Program-made: the position numbers and the translations under genes
Part shown: positions 29,792 to 39,624 of the stretch, piece by piece
How the letters are laid out: each line of letters opens with the position of its first letter
How positions within the stretch are numbered: the first letter of the stretch is position 1
Notes under the pieces: model-generated
The model's input: the letters and a program-made list of their open reading frames with translations, nothing else
Told to the model about the DNA's origin: nothing
The model's database searches: none
Origin: Candidatus Hodarchaeota archaeon
GTDB taxonomy: Archaea; Asgardarchaeota; Lokiarchaeia; Sigyniarchaeales; SOKP01
Direction of reading: 5' to 3'
NCBI GenBank assembly: GCA_048887225.1
Contig: JBHLJY010000004.1
Location: forward strand, 128,001-192,000
DNA length: 64,000 nt

Positions 29792-31117
29792 TTAGCTTTC
29801 ATAAAAAAATGAATCACAATATTCTAAACGATTTGGAATCCATTGTAAAAGATCGTCAAGTGACTCATTAAAATCATTCTCCCATCTTTCTTTGATTTCT
29901 TTAGGATTCCACATCTCAGTATCAGCTTTTATGGCATTTTCGAGTTCATCAAAATCCTCAAGTAACATATTTAAAATAAATTCTTCTGTCCAAAGATTTT
30001 CTCTCAAATAGAACCATCGATTCTTACATTCTTTCATAAAGAGATCGTTATTAACTAGACGGTTAAATAATTCATTATTTCTTTCAATAAACTCTATATA
30101 ATTTTCTTGAGAACTGTGTCTGTTATGCATAACTTGACCGAAACTATCATCGTAATCCCAAGGGATTAAAAAAAATTTGCTTGGATAAGTATTTCTAACA
30201 ACATAAAAATTATTCCTCCAAAAATCTTTATGTAAAATGAAATAATTATATACAAAAAAATCAATTAGATTCAATTTATCAAAAATAGTATAAATCCCAT
30301 CTGATTCACTAAAAAAAACCTCATCAGACGTATTATTAATAAAGGAAATTAAATCTGGGATAATTAATTCCTTTATATAACATCCCTCATATTCGTTTGG
30401 CCAATCCTGTTCCCATCTATCTAAAGCATTGTATCTTAACTCTGTATTTCCCATTGATTGAAAAATTAGACTTGAACCATTGTTATTCTGAGCATCATCA
30501 AGCCCATATAACTTTCTATCTGATCTTTCAGCTAATAAATATAAACCACGAAATTCACCATTTAAATAAAGAATTACATATTTAGAATTTGGTGTGATTG
30601 CTGTAGGATTTGTTTCCTTGAGACTTCCCCATAGATCAAAACCTAATTTAATTCTTAATCTAGTATAATCCATATATAAAGCATATAAATCCCAATCATC
30701 ATCACGTCTCATCCCAAGAAGAGCTTTAGCTTTAGAAAGCTCAATGCGATAATTCTTTTTAGGCCAACGTCTTGATCCTCTTTCTTCTTCAGATCCTTTA
30801 ATTTTTATCCTACAATCCATTTTTTCAACACATTTACGCTCCTCTTTATCATCTAATTGGAATGTCCCATAAATAAACTCTTCATGATTAATTTCATCAT
30901 CAAAAGTAATATTTATTACAGTCTCATCTGTTAAATGGAAAGGCTCTTTAATATAATAATAAAATAGAATTATTGACCCTAAAATGATGCTGATTACGAC
31001 TATGGTATAGAATTCGTGTTTTCTTTTTTTTTTTCTAAATTTATTGGGAGGAACTTTATGAATTGTATTACCTAATTCATTCTTCGAATTGTTATTTTTA
31101 GATCGGATTTTGATCAT
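29792..31117 (-). CDS. CotH-family kinase, membrane anchored
   Basis: TM near N-terminus; KKNYRIEL, LYLNGEFRGLYLL.E, NNFYV, LIPWDYD.SFG. Confidence 0.85.
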   Translation of the reverse strand: MIKIRSKNNNSKNELGNTIHKVPPNKFRKKKRKHEFYTIVVISIILGSIILFYYYIKEPFHLTDETVINITFDDEINHEEFIYGTFQLDDKEERKCVEKMDCRIKIKGSEEERGSRRWPKKNYRIELSKAKALLGMRRDDDWDLYALYMDYTRLRIKLGFDLWGSLKETNPTAITPNSKYVILYLNGEFRGLYLLAERSDRKLYGLDDAQNNNGSSLIFQSMGNTELRYNALDRWEQDWPNEYEGCYIKELIIPDLISFINNTSDEVFFSESDGIYTIFDKLNLIDFFVYNYFILHKDFWRNNFYVVRNTYPSKFFLIPWDYDDSFGQVMHNRHSSQENYIEFIERNNELFNRLVNNDLFMKECKNRWFYLRENLWTEEFILNMLLEDFDELENAIKADTEMWNPKEIKERWENDFNESLDDLLQWIPNRLEYCDSFFYES

Positions 31118-31148
31118 TAGAAAATTTACAATAGATTATTTAATAGTA

Positions 31149-31185
31149 TGATATTTGATATCTAAATTTTAGATAATCAATATCA
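31149..31185. promoter_or_regulatory. imperfect palindrome in divergent CotH/NUDIX intergenic region
   Basis: TGATATTTGATATCTAAA-T-TTTAGATAATCAATATCA. Confidence 0.35.
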
Positions 31186-31299
31186 ATCATAAAATTTAGT
31201 AATATTTGACTTTAGAAAATATTTTTCATTTAATATTAATCTCTGATTTTTCTTAAAAAAAACCTAAAAGATTTATTCAGGGAACTCTATTAGTAGCTT

Positions 31300-31731
31300 A
31301 TGCCTAAGCTTGTTACCCCATTATTAACTGTCGATGCTGTCATTCTTTTTGATAAAGATAAATTAATTCTTATTCGACGAAAAAATCCACCCTTTCAAGG
31401 TCAATATGCGTTGCCAGGCGGATTTGTAGATGTGGGAGAAACTATAGAGAATGCTTGCATTAGAGAAACTTTAGAAGAAACGAATGTTAATGTAAAAATT
31501 GAAAGGCTCATTGGAATTTATTCTGATCCTAAACGTGACCCAAGAGGGCACGTCGTTACCATAGCTTATTTATGCGAAACGCTTACTGATAATGAAAAAC
31601 CAAGAGCTCAAGACGATGCATCTGTTTTAGAAATAGTTCCAATATCAAAAATTCCATCCCTCAAGTTAGCTTTTGATCATATGGAGATTATAAAAGATTC
31701 AGGAATTTTAAGTAAAACAGATAAAATCTAA
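31300..31731 (+). CDS. NUDIX hydrolase (ADP-ribose pyrophosphatase-like)
   Basis: LPGGFVDVGETIENACIRETLEET Nudix box; RDPRGH; LAFDH. Confidence 0.92.
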   Translation: MPKLVTPLLTVDAVILFDKDKLILIRRKNPPFQGQYALPGGFVDVGETIENACIRETLEETNVNVKIERLIGIYSDPKRDPRGHVVTIAYLCETLTDNEKPRAQDDASVLEIVPISKIPSLKLAFDHMEIIKDSGILSKTDKI

Positions 31732-31735
31732 AGAT

Positions 31736-32530
31736 TCACTTAAAGTATTTTGAAAAACAAGTACAACAAGGAATTCCTACATTAATTTTATTATAATAAA
31801 TATCATCAAAATCTTTTGATTCATCAACTAATTCTGACAATCTTTCTCTTAATTTTATTATATCGGGTTCTCGACTGAAATAAAAATTTTTTAAACTCTC
31901 AAAATGATTATTTCTTTTACAAATAGGGCAAGTCGAGAATTGTTTAGCAAATTCTTTGAATGATTCGTCCTCTCTCGGAATAAAAATGGAGCATTCATGA
32001 ACATGGCAAAATGGTTCTATTTTTTCTATTAAACATTTAAAAATTGCACCTCTTTTTTCTTTGCTGTCAATATCATAAATAGAAGTATAAAATACTCCAT
32101 CTATATCATATTTTTTAATCAATTTATTAATCTCATCATCAGAAACTTCCCGATGATGTAAATCCATTTTTGTTCCTATTAAAATAATAGGTATTTTTAC
32201 TTCAATACCTTTTTTATTATGTCTGAAAACATTAATCCAGAATGGTATCTCGAAAAGGGAATCTCGATCATTCACATCAAAACAGATAAATGCACCTGCC
32301 GCACCCCTACAAAAGATAGGATATAAAAAGTTGAATCTTTCTTTCACCTTTAAATCCCAAACTATAAATTTATAAGAGTCTCCTTCATTTATTACGCATT
32401 CTATTGGTTTAAAAGAGACGCCTAAATGATTAAATTCGGGATCTGCTTGAGCCTTCCCAAGCAAAAATGAAGTTTTCCCAGACCTAGACGAACCTCCGAC
32501 CACGATTTTTAATTTGTACGATCTGGGCAT
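31736..32530 (-). CDS. degenerate Rab-like GTPase with C-terminal Cys/Zn domain
   Basis: KIVVGGSSRSGKTS, WDLKVKERF, CRGAAGAFICFDV..RDS, IGTKMD; tail CPIC...CCTC. Confidence 0.8.
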   Translation of the reverse strand: MPRSYKLKIVVGGSSRSGKTSFLLGKAQADPEFNHLGVSFKPIECVINEGDSYKFIVWDLKVKERFNFLYPIFCRGAAGAFICFDVNDRDSLFEIPFWINVFRHNKKGIEVKIPIILIGTKMDLHHREVSDDEINKLIKKYDIDGVFYTSIYDIDSKEKRGAIFKCLIEKIEPFCHVHECSIFIPREDESFKEFAKQFSTCPICKRNNHFESLKNFYFSREPDIIKLRERLSELVDESKDFDDIYYNKINVGIPCCTCFSKYFK

Positions 32531-32713
32531 TTTTTTGGAGTGCCTCCTATCCCTAAAAATATAAGATTTATATCAAATTTTGCAAGAAAATACTAGTTAA
32601 AAAATTTATCTTATCCTTTTTGTGTCAAATATATAATTGAATCGATTCAATTTAAAAATATTTTATTTACATTTTTTTACATTTATCGCAAAGATATAAA
32701 TTATTTATACTTT

Positions 32714-33094
32714 CTATTTGACTTCATATAAGTTTCCAAACGAATCTTTAACAAATAAATAATATCCCTCGCTTTCTTTTCGGGGGACCTTTATCGTTGT
32801 ATATCCCATTGATGATGATATCTTCACGAATTCATCGCGATTATCGACTGTTAAGCATGAGTGAGTAAAATTATCAATAGATTTACTATTATCGTTTGTT
32901 ATAATCACCTCTACTCCTATATTATCGTTTTGGTATCTTAAAAAAACAAACTCTTTATTTATACTAAAGAATTTTTCCATTAATTCTGCTGATACTGAGA
33001 AAGTTTTAATCTTTTTTAATCCTAATAACTCAGTAAAAAATCTATCGCTATCTTCAATCGAATTTGAAGCGACTGCTATATGTTCAATTTTCAT
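32714..33094 (-). CDS. VOC/glyoxalase family protein
   Basis: IEHIAV, FF..LLGL, H.CL.V, FVKD.FGNLYE. Confidence 0.85.
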   Translation of the reverse strand: MKIEHIAVASNSIEDSDRFFTELLGLKKIKTFSVSAELMEKFFSINKEFVFLRYQNDNIGVEVIITNDNSKSIDNFTHSCLTVDNRDEFVKISSSMGYTTIKVPRKESEGYYLFVKDSFGNLYEVK

Positions 33095-33281
33095 TTTTTC
33101 CTAAAACACCTATTAGTTTTCTAAATTAAGTTAATAAATATGATTGAAAATATGAATTTTTTAATTATGATAATAGATCAACGATTTCCAAAAAGAAATT
33201 GATTTATTACAATTATAAAAATTTTTAATCTTTCAACAATTTAGAAAAAAAACCCTCCTTATATTGTAAGGTGATTAAATT

Positions 33282-34391
33282 ATTAGTCTAAACAAAGAAA
33301 TTGAAAAAATGTTAATTGAGCGTGGAGCAATAAGAGTTGGATTTGCAACGCTTGAAACCATGGCTGGAGGACCGCCTGGAGCCGATATTACTTATTTACT
33401 TCCAGAAGCTCAATCCGCAATTGGGTTTGCAATTCCCATGGATAAGGATTTAATTCGTCCTCATTTAGGAAAAGAACTTCCAAATGGTCGTGCCGATCAC
33501 GAGGAGGACAACATCGCTACTAATATTAGAGCATGGCATCTAGCTAAAGATATTAGAGATTTTTTAATTAAAAAGGATTATAAAGCAATAAGTGTTATTC
33601 CTAATAACCATTATAGAGAAGATTATCCTGGATGGCAAGCATCATTGCCTCCCGAACTTTCATTAAGATATCTCGCTGTCCGTTCTGGAATTGCTTCTTT
33701 TGGTTGGTCGGGTAATGTTGGAATAAAAGGTTATGGTACACCTATAATTTTAGGGGGAATAGTTACTGACGCCAAATTACAGCCAACTGATCCACTTCCT
33801 CCCGAAGAATCGTTTTGTAACAAATGTAAACTCTGTACTAAAGTGTGTGGCTTTCAAATGTTTTCTGACAATGAAGAAACCTCCATTACTCTCGGTGGAT
33901 ATACTTTTAAATACGCAAAAAGGATTAATAAACTAAGATGTGTACTTGTATGTGGGGGGTGTACTGGGTTACACAAATCAGGAAAATTTTCGACCTGGAG
34001 TCCTGGTCGATATGATTATCCAGAAGATAAGTTTGAAGTATCCCGTCTTATGACTCTTGCCATGACAGCTCAGAAAAAAAGGCCAATAATTAAAGATCAT
34101 TCGAAGGGATATGTTCCAGCATCTTATGGCGGGAAGGGAGTAGTACAGCTCACCTGCGGAAATTGCCAGCTAATTTGTTGGGGTGATCCTAAGGAAACTG
34201 CAAAGAATTATAAGATACTGGTTAACTCTGGATGCGTAATCCAGAAAGAGGATGGAGAGCTCATCGTCCTCCCTCCTGAAAAAGCTAAAATTGAATTTGA
34301 AAAAATGGCTCCAAAACGCAAGCGTTTGTATTATAAGGATTACAAGAAAAGTGTAAGGAGAAAAGCAGAAATTGTGCAATTGATGCCTTAA
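33282..34391 (+). CDS. cobalamin/2x[4Fe-4S] QueG/reductive dehalogenase-like protein (probable ATT start 9 codons before the tracked ATG)
   Basis: GAIRVGFA, LLPEAQSAI, LSLRYLAVRSGIASFG, YGTPIILGGIVTDA.L.P, CNKCKLCTKVC, CGNCQLIC; SD AAGGTGA precedes ATT ATT AGT CTA AAC. Confidence 0.8.
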   Translation: MSLNKEIEKMLIERGAIRVGFATLETMAGGPPGADITYLLPEAQSAIGFAIPMDKDLIRPHLGKELPNGRADHEEDNIATNIRAWHLAKDIRDFLIKKDYKAISVIPNNHYREDYPGWQASLPPELSLRYLAVRSGIASFGWSGNVGIKGYGTPIILGGIVTDAKLQPTDPLPPEESFCNKCKLCTKVCGFQMFSDNEETSITLGGYTFKYAKRINKLRCVLVCGGCTGLHKSGKFSTWSPGRYDYPEDKFEVSRLMTLAMTAQKKRPIIKDHSKGYVPASYGGKGVVQLTCGNCQLICWGDPKETAKNYKILVNSGCVIQKEDGELIVLPPEKAKIEFEKMAPKRKRLYYKDYKKSVRRKAEIVQLMP

Positions 34392-34432
34392 AATAATAAA
34401 AAATTTCAAGCATTAGAAAATCGATTTCCTTG

Positions 34433-35551
34433 TTAGATACTTCGATTTTCTCTAAAAATTTTACTCATTAGTTCTAATGGATTTTCACAAATTAGTGATC
34501 GCTCGGTTCTATGTAGTTTTATAGCTTCAGTAGGACATGCTACAGCACAAATACCGCAACCATAGCATTTATTTTGGTCTACAAAAGATTTTTCATTATG
34601 AATTTTAATGGCATTAAAAGGACATCTCTTCATACAAAGTCCGCATCCTTTGCATAAATCTTGGTTGACTTGAGATATGTAGTTGGATTTGGCTGTGCAA
34701 AATTCGTTTTTTTCCTCAAAGCGAGTCATACCTCTTAATATAGCGCAACAACAATCACAACAACAACAAACAACTACATGATTGGGATTTTTAATATTTT
34801 CTGTTGTAAAAACTAAACCTAATTTTGCATATTTGTCTACTAATTTGTGTGCTTCTTCACGCGATATTTCCTTTCCTTCACCTCTCCTGAGAAAATATTT
34901 TCCGAATAATCCTAACTGAAAGCAAGATTCATGTATGGGATATTTATCTTTACATTCTCTAATTCCTAAAATTTCCAACCGATTTCTACAAGGGCAATCA
35001 GTAATCACAATTGGAAGCATGCAATCTTCAATTATTCCATGAATTTCCTCCACATTTGAAATTTCAGACTGATGATCAACTGATTTATCTATTGGAATTA
35101 TTCTCGTTAGCGGAGTCCCAGCATCTGAAGATTCATATCGTTTGTAATATTTTTCTTTAATGAAAAATTGTTGATATAATTCTGCTCCTTTTTTTCCAAG
35201 TCTCTCTAATGCCTTTGAATATTTAAATCCAATATTAAAAAGATGTGCTACAGCTATAAAATATGAATAACCGCCAATATCTTGAATAGCTCCATTTTCA
35301 GTCATATCTTCTAGGATTTTTTTGGTTTCCCTTCTATCTTTGCCAATACGCTTGGCAATTTGACCTACTGACAGAGGTCTAACCTCTAAATGTTGAGCTA
35401 CTTTTGCTTCTTCTGGAGTGAATAAAAGTTTTATATATTCTCTAAAGGCGTCTGAAATTTTTCCTTCCGTTATCGGAATATCGTTTGGATATTCCCTCAT
35501 TTTTTCTAATATTACTTCATATGGATCTCTAGCTTCCGTTGAGTTCATCAA
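34433..35551 (-). CDS. wHTH + Cys-rich + 4Fe-4S dicluster protein
   Basis: LFTPEEA...helix-turn-helix, CPCR, CFQ, CCCCDCCC, CKGCGLCMKRCP, CYGCGICAVACP. Confidence 0.85.
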   Translation of the reverse strand: MMNSTEARDPYEVILEKMREYPNDIPITEGKISDAFREYIKLLFTPEEAKVAQHLEVRPLSVGQIAKRIGKDRRETKKILEDMTENGAIQDIGGYSYFIAVAHLFNIGFKYSKALERLGKKGAELYQQFFIKEKYYKRYESSDAGTPLTRIIPIDKSVDHQSEISNVEEIHGIIEDCMLPIVITDCPCRNRLEILGIRECKDKYPIHESCFQLGLFGKYFLRRGEGKEISREEAHKLVDKYAKLGLVFTTENIKNPNHVVVCCCCDCCCAILRGMTRFEEKNEFCTAKSNYISQVNQDLCKGCGLCMKRCPFNAIKIHNEKSFVDQNKCYGCGICAVACPTEAIKLHRTERSLICENPLELMSKIFRENRSI

Positions 35552-35600
35552 TTATCATTTTTTAATATTTTTTCATTTTTAATAATTTTTTTATTATAAT

Positions 35601-36407
35601 TTATATTGGTGGTTTATCTTCCTCTTGTTTAATTAGCCCTAATAAGTAAGGAATTGCTAAGAAAGGCATATAAATGAGAGCAATCTCAACTAAAGCATTA
35701 TAAAAGATTACCATAAACTCTATAATTGGAGGTGCTCTTCGCAAATTAGAATAGGTTCCGTCGGGATTTTTTGTACCAATTTCGACCCATCTTTGACCTG
35801 ATAACCAATATAGAAGATACCATATGCACCCTAAAACAAACATTACTAAAAACATATATAATCCTCTTTTTCTAGATTCTTTATCTGTTTTCATTATCCA
35901 GTATATGGCAGGAGAAACAAGTGGAATTATTAGCAATTCCCAGATAGGAAAAACTTCTCTTCGAGATGGTACATCCCCTCCAACATTAGGAATATAAATT
36001 CCATGACTAAACATTACTAAAGTTATCGCAACTACAACAATCGCTAATGTAATTAAGCTATAAATTCTTGTTTCTTTAACTATATACAAATCAGTTATAA
36101 ACAAGCCGATAATACCAACAGTTACCCCTTCAGATAAACCTTGTAAGGGAATTGAAAGCCACAAAGGAATTTTCATTCCAAAAAGATATCGATTCGGCAT
36201 ATCTCGAATTCCCGTAAGTTGTAGTGCTAATTCAACTGAGCTCCAAAAAATAAAACCTGTTAAAAAAACCCAAAAATAATCTTTCCTCTCTTTCCATTTC
36301 CAATCTGTAATACAAATGCATACTGCGGCAATCGCAAATAATAATTTGAAATCCCATTCTTCACCCCAAAAACCGCCCCTTGTGATAAATATACTTTCAA
36401 ATAGCAT
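35601..36407 (-). CDS. multi-pass membrane protein, unknown function
   Basis: About 7 hydrophobic segments; 49 nt upstream of the Fe-S gene on the same strand. Confidence 0.75.
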   Translation of the reverse strand: MLFESIFITRGGFWGEEWDFKLLFAIAAVCICITDWKWKERKDYFWVFLTGFIFWSSVELALQLTGIRDMPNRYLFGMKIPLWLSIPLQGLSEGVTVGIIGLFITDLYIVKETRIYSLITLAIVVVAITLVMFSHGIYIPNVGGDVPSRREVFPIWELLIIPLVSPAIYWIMKTDKESRKRGLYMFLVMFVLGCIWYLLYWLSGQRWVEIGTKNPDGTYSNLRRAPPIIEFMVIFYNALVEIALIYMPFLAIPYLLGLIKQEEDKPPI

Positions 36408-36479
36408 TTTTATTATTATTTTATAGTTAATTTATAAAAACATTGGATATTTATATAGTAATTAATAAAAATTTATTGG

Positions 36480-37403
36480 ATGAAGATAATGACGAAGAAT
36501 CAGAATTTAACAAGGGATGTTAAGGAATTTTTGCTTGAAAAAGGAGCGGATCGTGTGGGAATTGCCTCAATTTCCCGATTTGCTGAATGTCCTGAGGAAA
36601 CACATCCTCAACACTATATACCTGATGCTACTTGTGTTATCTCCTATGGAATTAAAATTATTGATGAAATATGCGATATTTGGGGGGAACATAATCAATC
36701 TCATAAAAGTGCAGCTCCATATCTATATTATGGGTATGGATTAGTAAATTGGGAACTTTCTCGGATAGGACACCTTACAGCAAAACGGATTTTAGAATTT
36801 CATGGTTATAAAGCTCTTATGTTTCCTCCAACCTTCGTTTTAGGGCAATATAGATTTCTTCATAGAATTGTGGAAGAAGATCCTATTTTTTTAGCAGATT
36901 TTTCCCATCGTCACGCAGCGGTGGCAGCTGGTCTTGGTGAATTTGGATTGAGTGGATTAGTTTTAGTACCAAAGTATGGTTCTCGAATACGTTTTAATTC
37001 AATTATAACCAATGCACCATTGGTGGCAGATCCGATGTATAACGGACCAAAATTGTGCCAACCTGAAAAATGCAATCATAAATGTGTATGTGATTGTCCA
37101 ACGGAAGCGTTGACTCTCGATGAGACCTTCACAGTGAAAATTGGTGAAAATTTATATAAATATTGTAAAGCAGAAAAAATGCGATGTAATATGGCTGTTT
37201 TTGGCTTAGTGGGAGGCACAGGTGCTAGAACGAGGAGAAAATTACCCAAACGAGCAAAAAAGAAAATCACGATTGATGATTTCTTTAAAGCACGCCAAAG
37301 GCAGAATGCATTTGATAAATTTTTCATAAATGAACGTCCTCTCGTAATGGGGGATTTTTGTGGAAAATGCCTTCATGGCTGTATTTCCCACAAATTATTA
37401 TGA
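36480..37403 (+). CDS. cobalamin/[4Fe-4S] QueG/reductive dehalogenase-like protein, second paralog
   Basis: GADRVGIA, FSHRHAAVAAGLGEFG..GLVL.PKYG.RIRF.SIIT.APL.ADP, C....C...C...CP, CGKCLHGC. Confidence 0.85.
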   Translation: MKIMTKNQNLTRDVKEFLLEKGADRVGIASISRFAECPEETHPQHYIPDATCVISYGIKIIDEICDIWGEHNQSHKSAAPYLYYGYGLVNWELSRIGHLTAKRILEFHGYKALMFPPTFVLGQYRFLHRIVEEDPIFLADFSHRHAAVAAGLGEFGLSGLVLVPKYGSRIRFNSIITNAPLVADPMYNGPKLCQPEKCNHKCVCDCPTEALTLDETFTVKIGENLYKYCKAEKMRCNMAVFGLVGGTGARTRRKLPKRAKKKITIDDFFKARQRQNAFDKFFINERPLVMGDFCGKCLHGCISHKLL

Positions 37404-37458
37404 TTAAACTTAATTAAATCTGAAAATTAGAGAAAAATTTCCCAAAAATTATTATTGT

Positions 37459-37478
37459 ATTGAACAATATAGTTCAAT
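37459..37478. promoter_or_regulatory. palindromic candidate operator upstream of the aminotransferase
   Basis: ATTGAAC-N6-GTTCAAT, about 10 nt before TATA-like TTTATAAA (37489-96). Confidence 0.4.
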
Positions 37479-37516
37479 TATAATTTTATTTATAAATTAT
37501 TTAATTAAAGAAATAC

Positions 37517-38707
37517 ATGTCAGATTACTATTCCAAATTAGTTGAATTAGAGAAGTACCATCATACTAAGTTATTTCCAAAACGAGATTACGTCATAACA
37601 AAAGGAAAAGGTGCCCTTCTTTATGACGAGAAGGGAAACGAATATATTGACTGTATTGGGGGGCATGGTGTATTGAATATAGGTCATAGCCATCCAAAAT
37701 ATATTGAGGCTATGAAACAACAACTTGAAAAGATAGCAATGATACCCCCAGGATTTCCAGTAGAAGAGAGAGCTAAGTTACTCCAAAAATTAGCAGATAT
37801 CACTCCAAAAAATCTAACGCAAACTTTTCTCTCAAATAGCGGTACTGAATCAGTTGAAGCAGCTATTAAATTAGTATTAGCTAATAATAGAGAAAAAAAA
37901 ACCCCAGAGGTTATAGCCTTTAAAAGAGGTTTTCATGGTCGAACGTTAGGTTCTTTATCAATGACGCATAATATGAAGTACAGAAAAGCTTTCTTATCTT
38001 GGTTATCCCCTTACATTAAATACGCATCATATGGCAATATTGATTCTGTAAAAGAATCAGTTAACGAAAATACTGTGGCAATATTCTGTGAATTAATTCA
38101 AGGTGAAGGAGGAGTACATCCCGCTCCAGAAGATTTTCCTAAGGAATTGAGAGAGTTATGTTATGAAAAAGATTTAATTTTAGTTGATGACGAGGTGCAG
38201 ACTGGATTTGGAAGAACCGGGAAAATGTTTGCTTTTGAACATTATAGTATTATTCCAGATGTTATATGTATGGCTAAAGCTCTTGCGGGGGGATTACCAA
38301 TTGGAGCAACCATAGCTTCCGAAGACTTATATAATAAATTTGATATCGGAGAACATAATACGACTTTTGGTGGAAATCCTTTAGTATGTGCAGCTGCAAA
38401 TGCAACATTAAATATAATAAGAGAAGAAAATCTTATAGATAACGCAGCCAAACAAGGAAAGAAAATAATATCTGATATTAGTGAATTTTCAAAAGAGTGT
38501 GAGATTATTAGAGATGTAAGGGGCAAAGGATTAATAATTGGAGTTGAGTATAGGAAAAAAGTTAAAGATTTAATTAAAGATGCTGAAAATAAGCGGGTAT
38601 TGTTTTTGAATGCAGGTCTGACAGTAATTCGACTTCTTCCACCACTTGTTATTACCGATAGCCAAGTAGAAAAAGTAATAGAAGTTATTCATAAAATTTC
38701 AGAGTAA
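37517..38707 (+). CDS. class-III aminotransferase, ArgD/LysJ type
   Basis: YIDC.GG.GV...GHSHP, NSGTESVEAAIK, FHGRTLG, E.IQGEGG, DEVQTGFGRTG, AKALAGGLPIG, H.TTFGGNP, RLLPPL. Confidence 0.92.
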   Translation: MSDYYSKLVELEKYHHTKLFPKRDYVITKGKGALLYDEKGNEYIDCIGGHGVLNIGHSHPKYIEAMKQQLEKIAMIPPGFPVEERAKLLQKLADITPKNLTQTFLSNSGTESVEAAIKLVLANNREKKTPEVIAFKRGFHGRTLGSLSMTHNMKYRKAFLSWLSPYIKYASYGNIDSVKESVNENTVAIFCELIQGEGGVHPAPEDFPKELRELCYEKDLILVDDEVQTGFGRTGKMFAFEHYSIIPDVICMAKALAGGLPIGATIASEDLYNKFDIGEHNTTFGGNPLVCAAANATLNIIREENLIDNAAKQGKKIISDISEFSKECEIIRDVRGKGLIIGVEYRKKVKDLIKDAENKRVLFLNAGLTVIRLLPPLVITDSQVEKVIEVIHKISE

Positions 38708-38754
38708 TCTGTAGGATATATTAATTTTAGAGTTAATACTAAGGTGTTTTAAAA

Positions 38755-39624
38755 ATTACCTCAGTAAGCGAAAAAGAATTTTTAAATAAACTCTTAGAAG
38801 TAGTCGCCAAACTCTCAAGTATAGCAAGAGCCCAAGGATCTCGTTTTGAAAAATTATGGGACGATTATTTAAAACCTATTAACGAAAATCCTCACAAAAT
38901 CCGTAATATACCTCTAGACAAAAAGAAATTTATTGAAGACATCAATTATAGAATTGGTATTCTGAAAATCGTAGAACAGTCTATGGTTGACGGATTTTAT
39001 TGCATTAAATCTCTATTAGAAACATTATACAATTCATATTTGAATGATTCAGAATTATTTAATAAGGATTTTAAAAAAGAAGATCAATTAATCCTCAAAT
39101 ATATGATAGCTAGAGAAATTTTAGGAAATCTAGTTCAGTATAATAGAATGGAACATGAAACTGTTCCAATAAAATACAATATTATGGCACGAAATTACTT
39201 ATTATTAAAACTTCAAGGACAAAAAGATACTGAAATTCTTGAAAACATGAAAAAATTAAACATCGATATTGATTTGGCAAATATACAAAATATCATGAAT
39301 GAGATTGAAGTAGAGGGTCTAATAAGTAAATCACTAGAAGGTGAAAATTATTATTATAGTTTAAGGAAAGAATTAGAATTAAGCGAAGATGGTACAGAGC
39401 AATATGATCTTCACTTATATCCTTTAATTGCTTGGCCCACGCAATTTTGGAGAAGTTATTATAATATCAGGGAATTAAACGTTACTATAGACGAAAATAT
39501 TAAGTATCGTGATTTCCTTCATAAAGTTTTGTCCAAATCAGCTACTCAAGGATTCGGTTCTGCTAATTTTGTGTTTAAAAATTTAGTGAAGTATTACGAA
39601 AAGATTAAGGAAGAGGGGACTTAG
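38755..39624 (+). CDS. hypothetical helical protein with possible winged-helix segment; ATT start
   Basis: Frame open for 76 codons upstream of the tracked ATG (ITSVSEKEFLNKLLEVV...). SD AAGGTG precedes ATT 38755, with an in-frame TAA at 38740. Segment IQNIMNEIEVEGLISK...YYYSL is wHTH-like. Confidence 0.7.
   Translation: MTSVSEKEFLNKLLEVVAKLSSIARAQGSRFEKLWDDYLKPINENPHKIRNIPLDKKKFIEDINYRIGILKIVEQSMVDGFYCIKSLLETLYNSYLNDSELFNKDFKKEDQLILKYMIAREILGNLVQYNRMEHETVPIKYNIMARNYLLLKLQGQKDTEILENMKKLNIDIDLANIQNIMNEIEVEGLISKSLEGENYYYSLRKELELSEDGTEQYDLHLYPLIAWPTQFWRSYYNIRELNVTIDENIKYRDFLHKVLSKSATQGFGSANFVFKNLVKYYEKIKEEGT

Noticed and set aside
33282-37403. Calling the paralogs queG or respiratory rdhA
   Set aside because: No queuosine context, no TAT signal and no small RdhB-like anchor; only family-level support.
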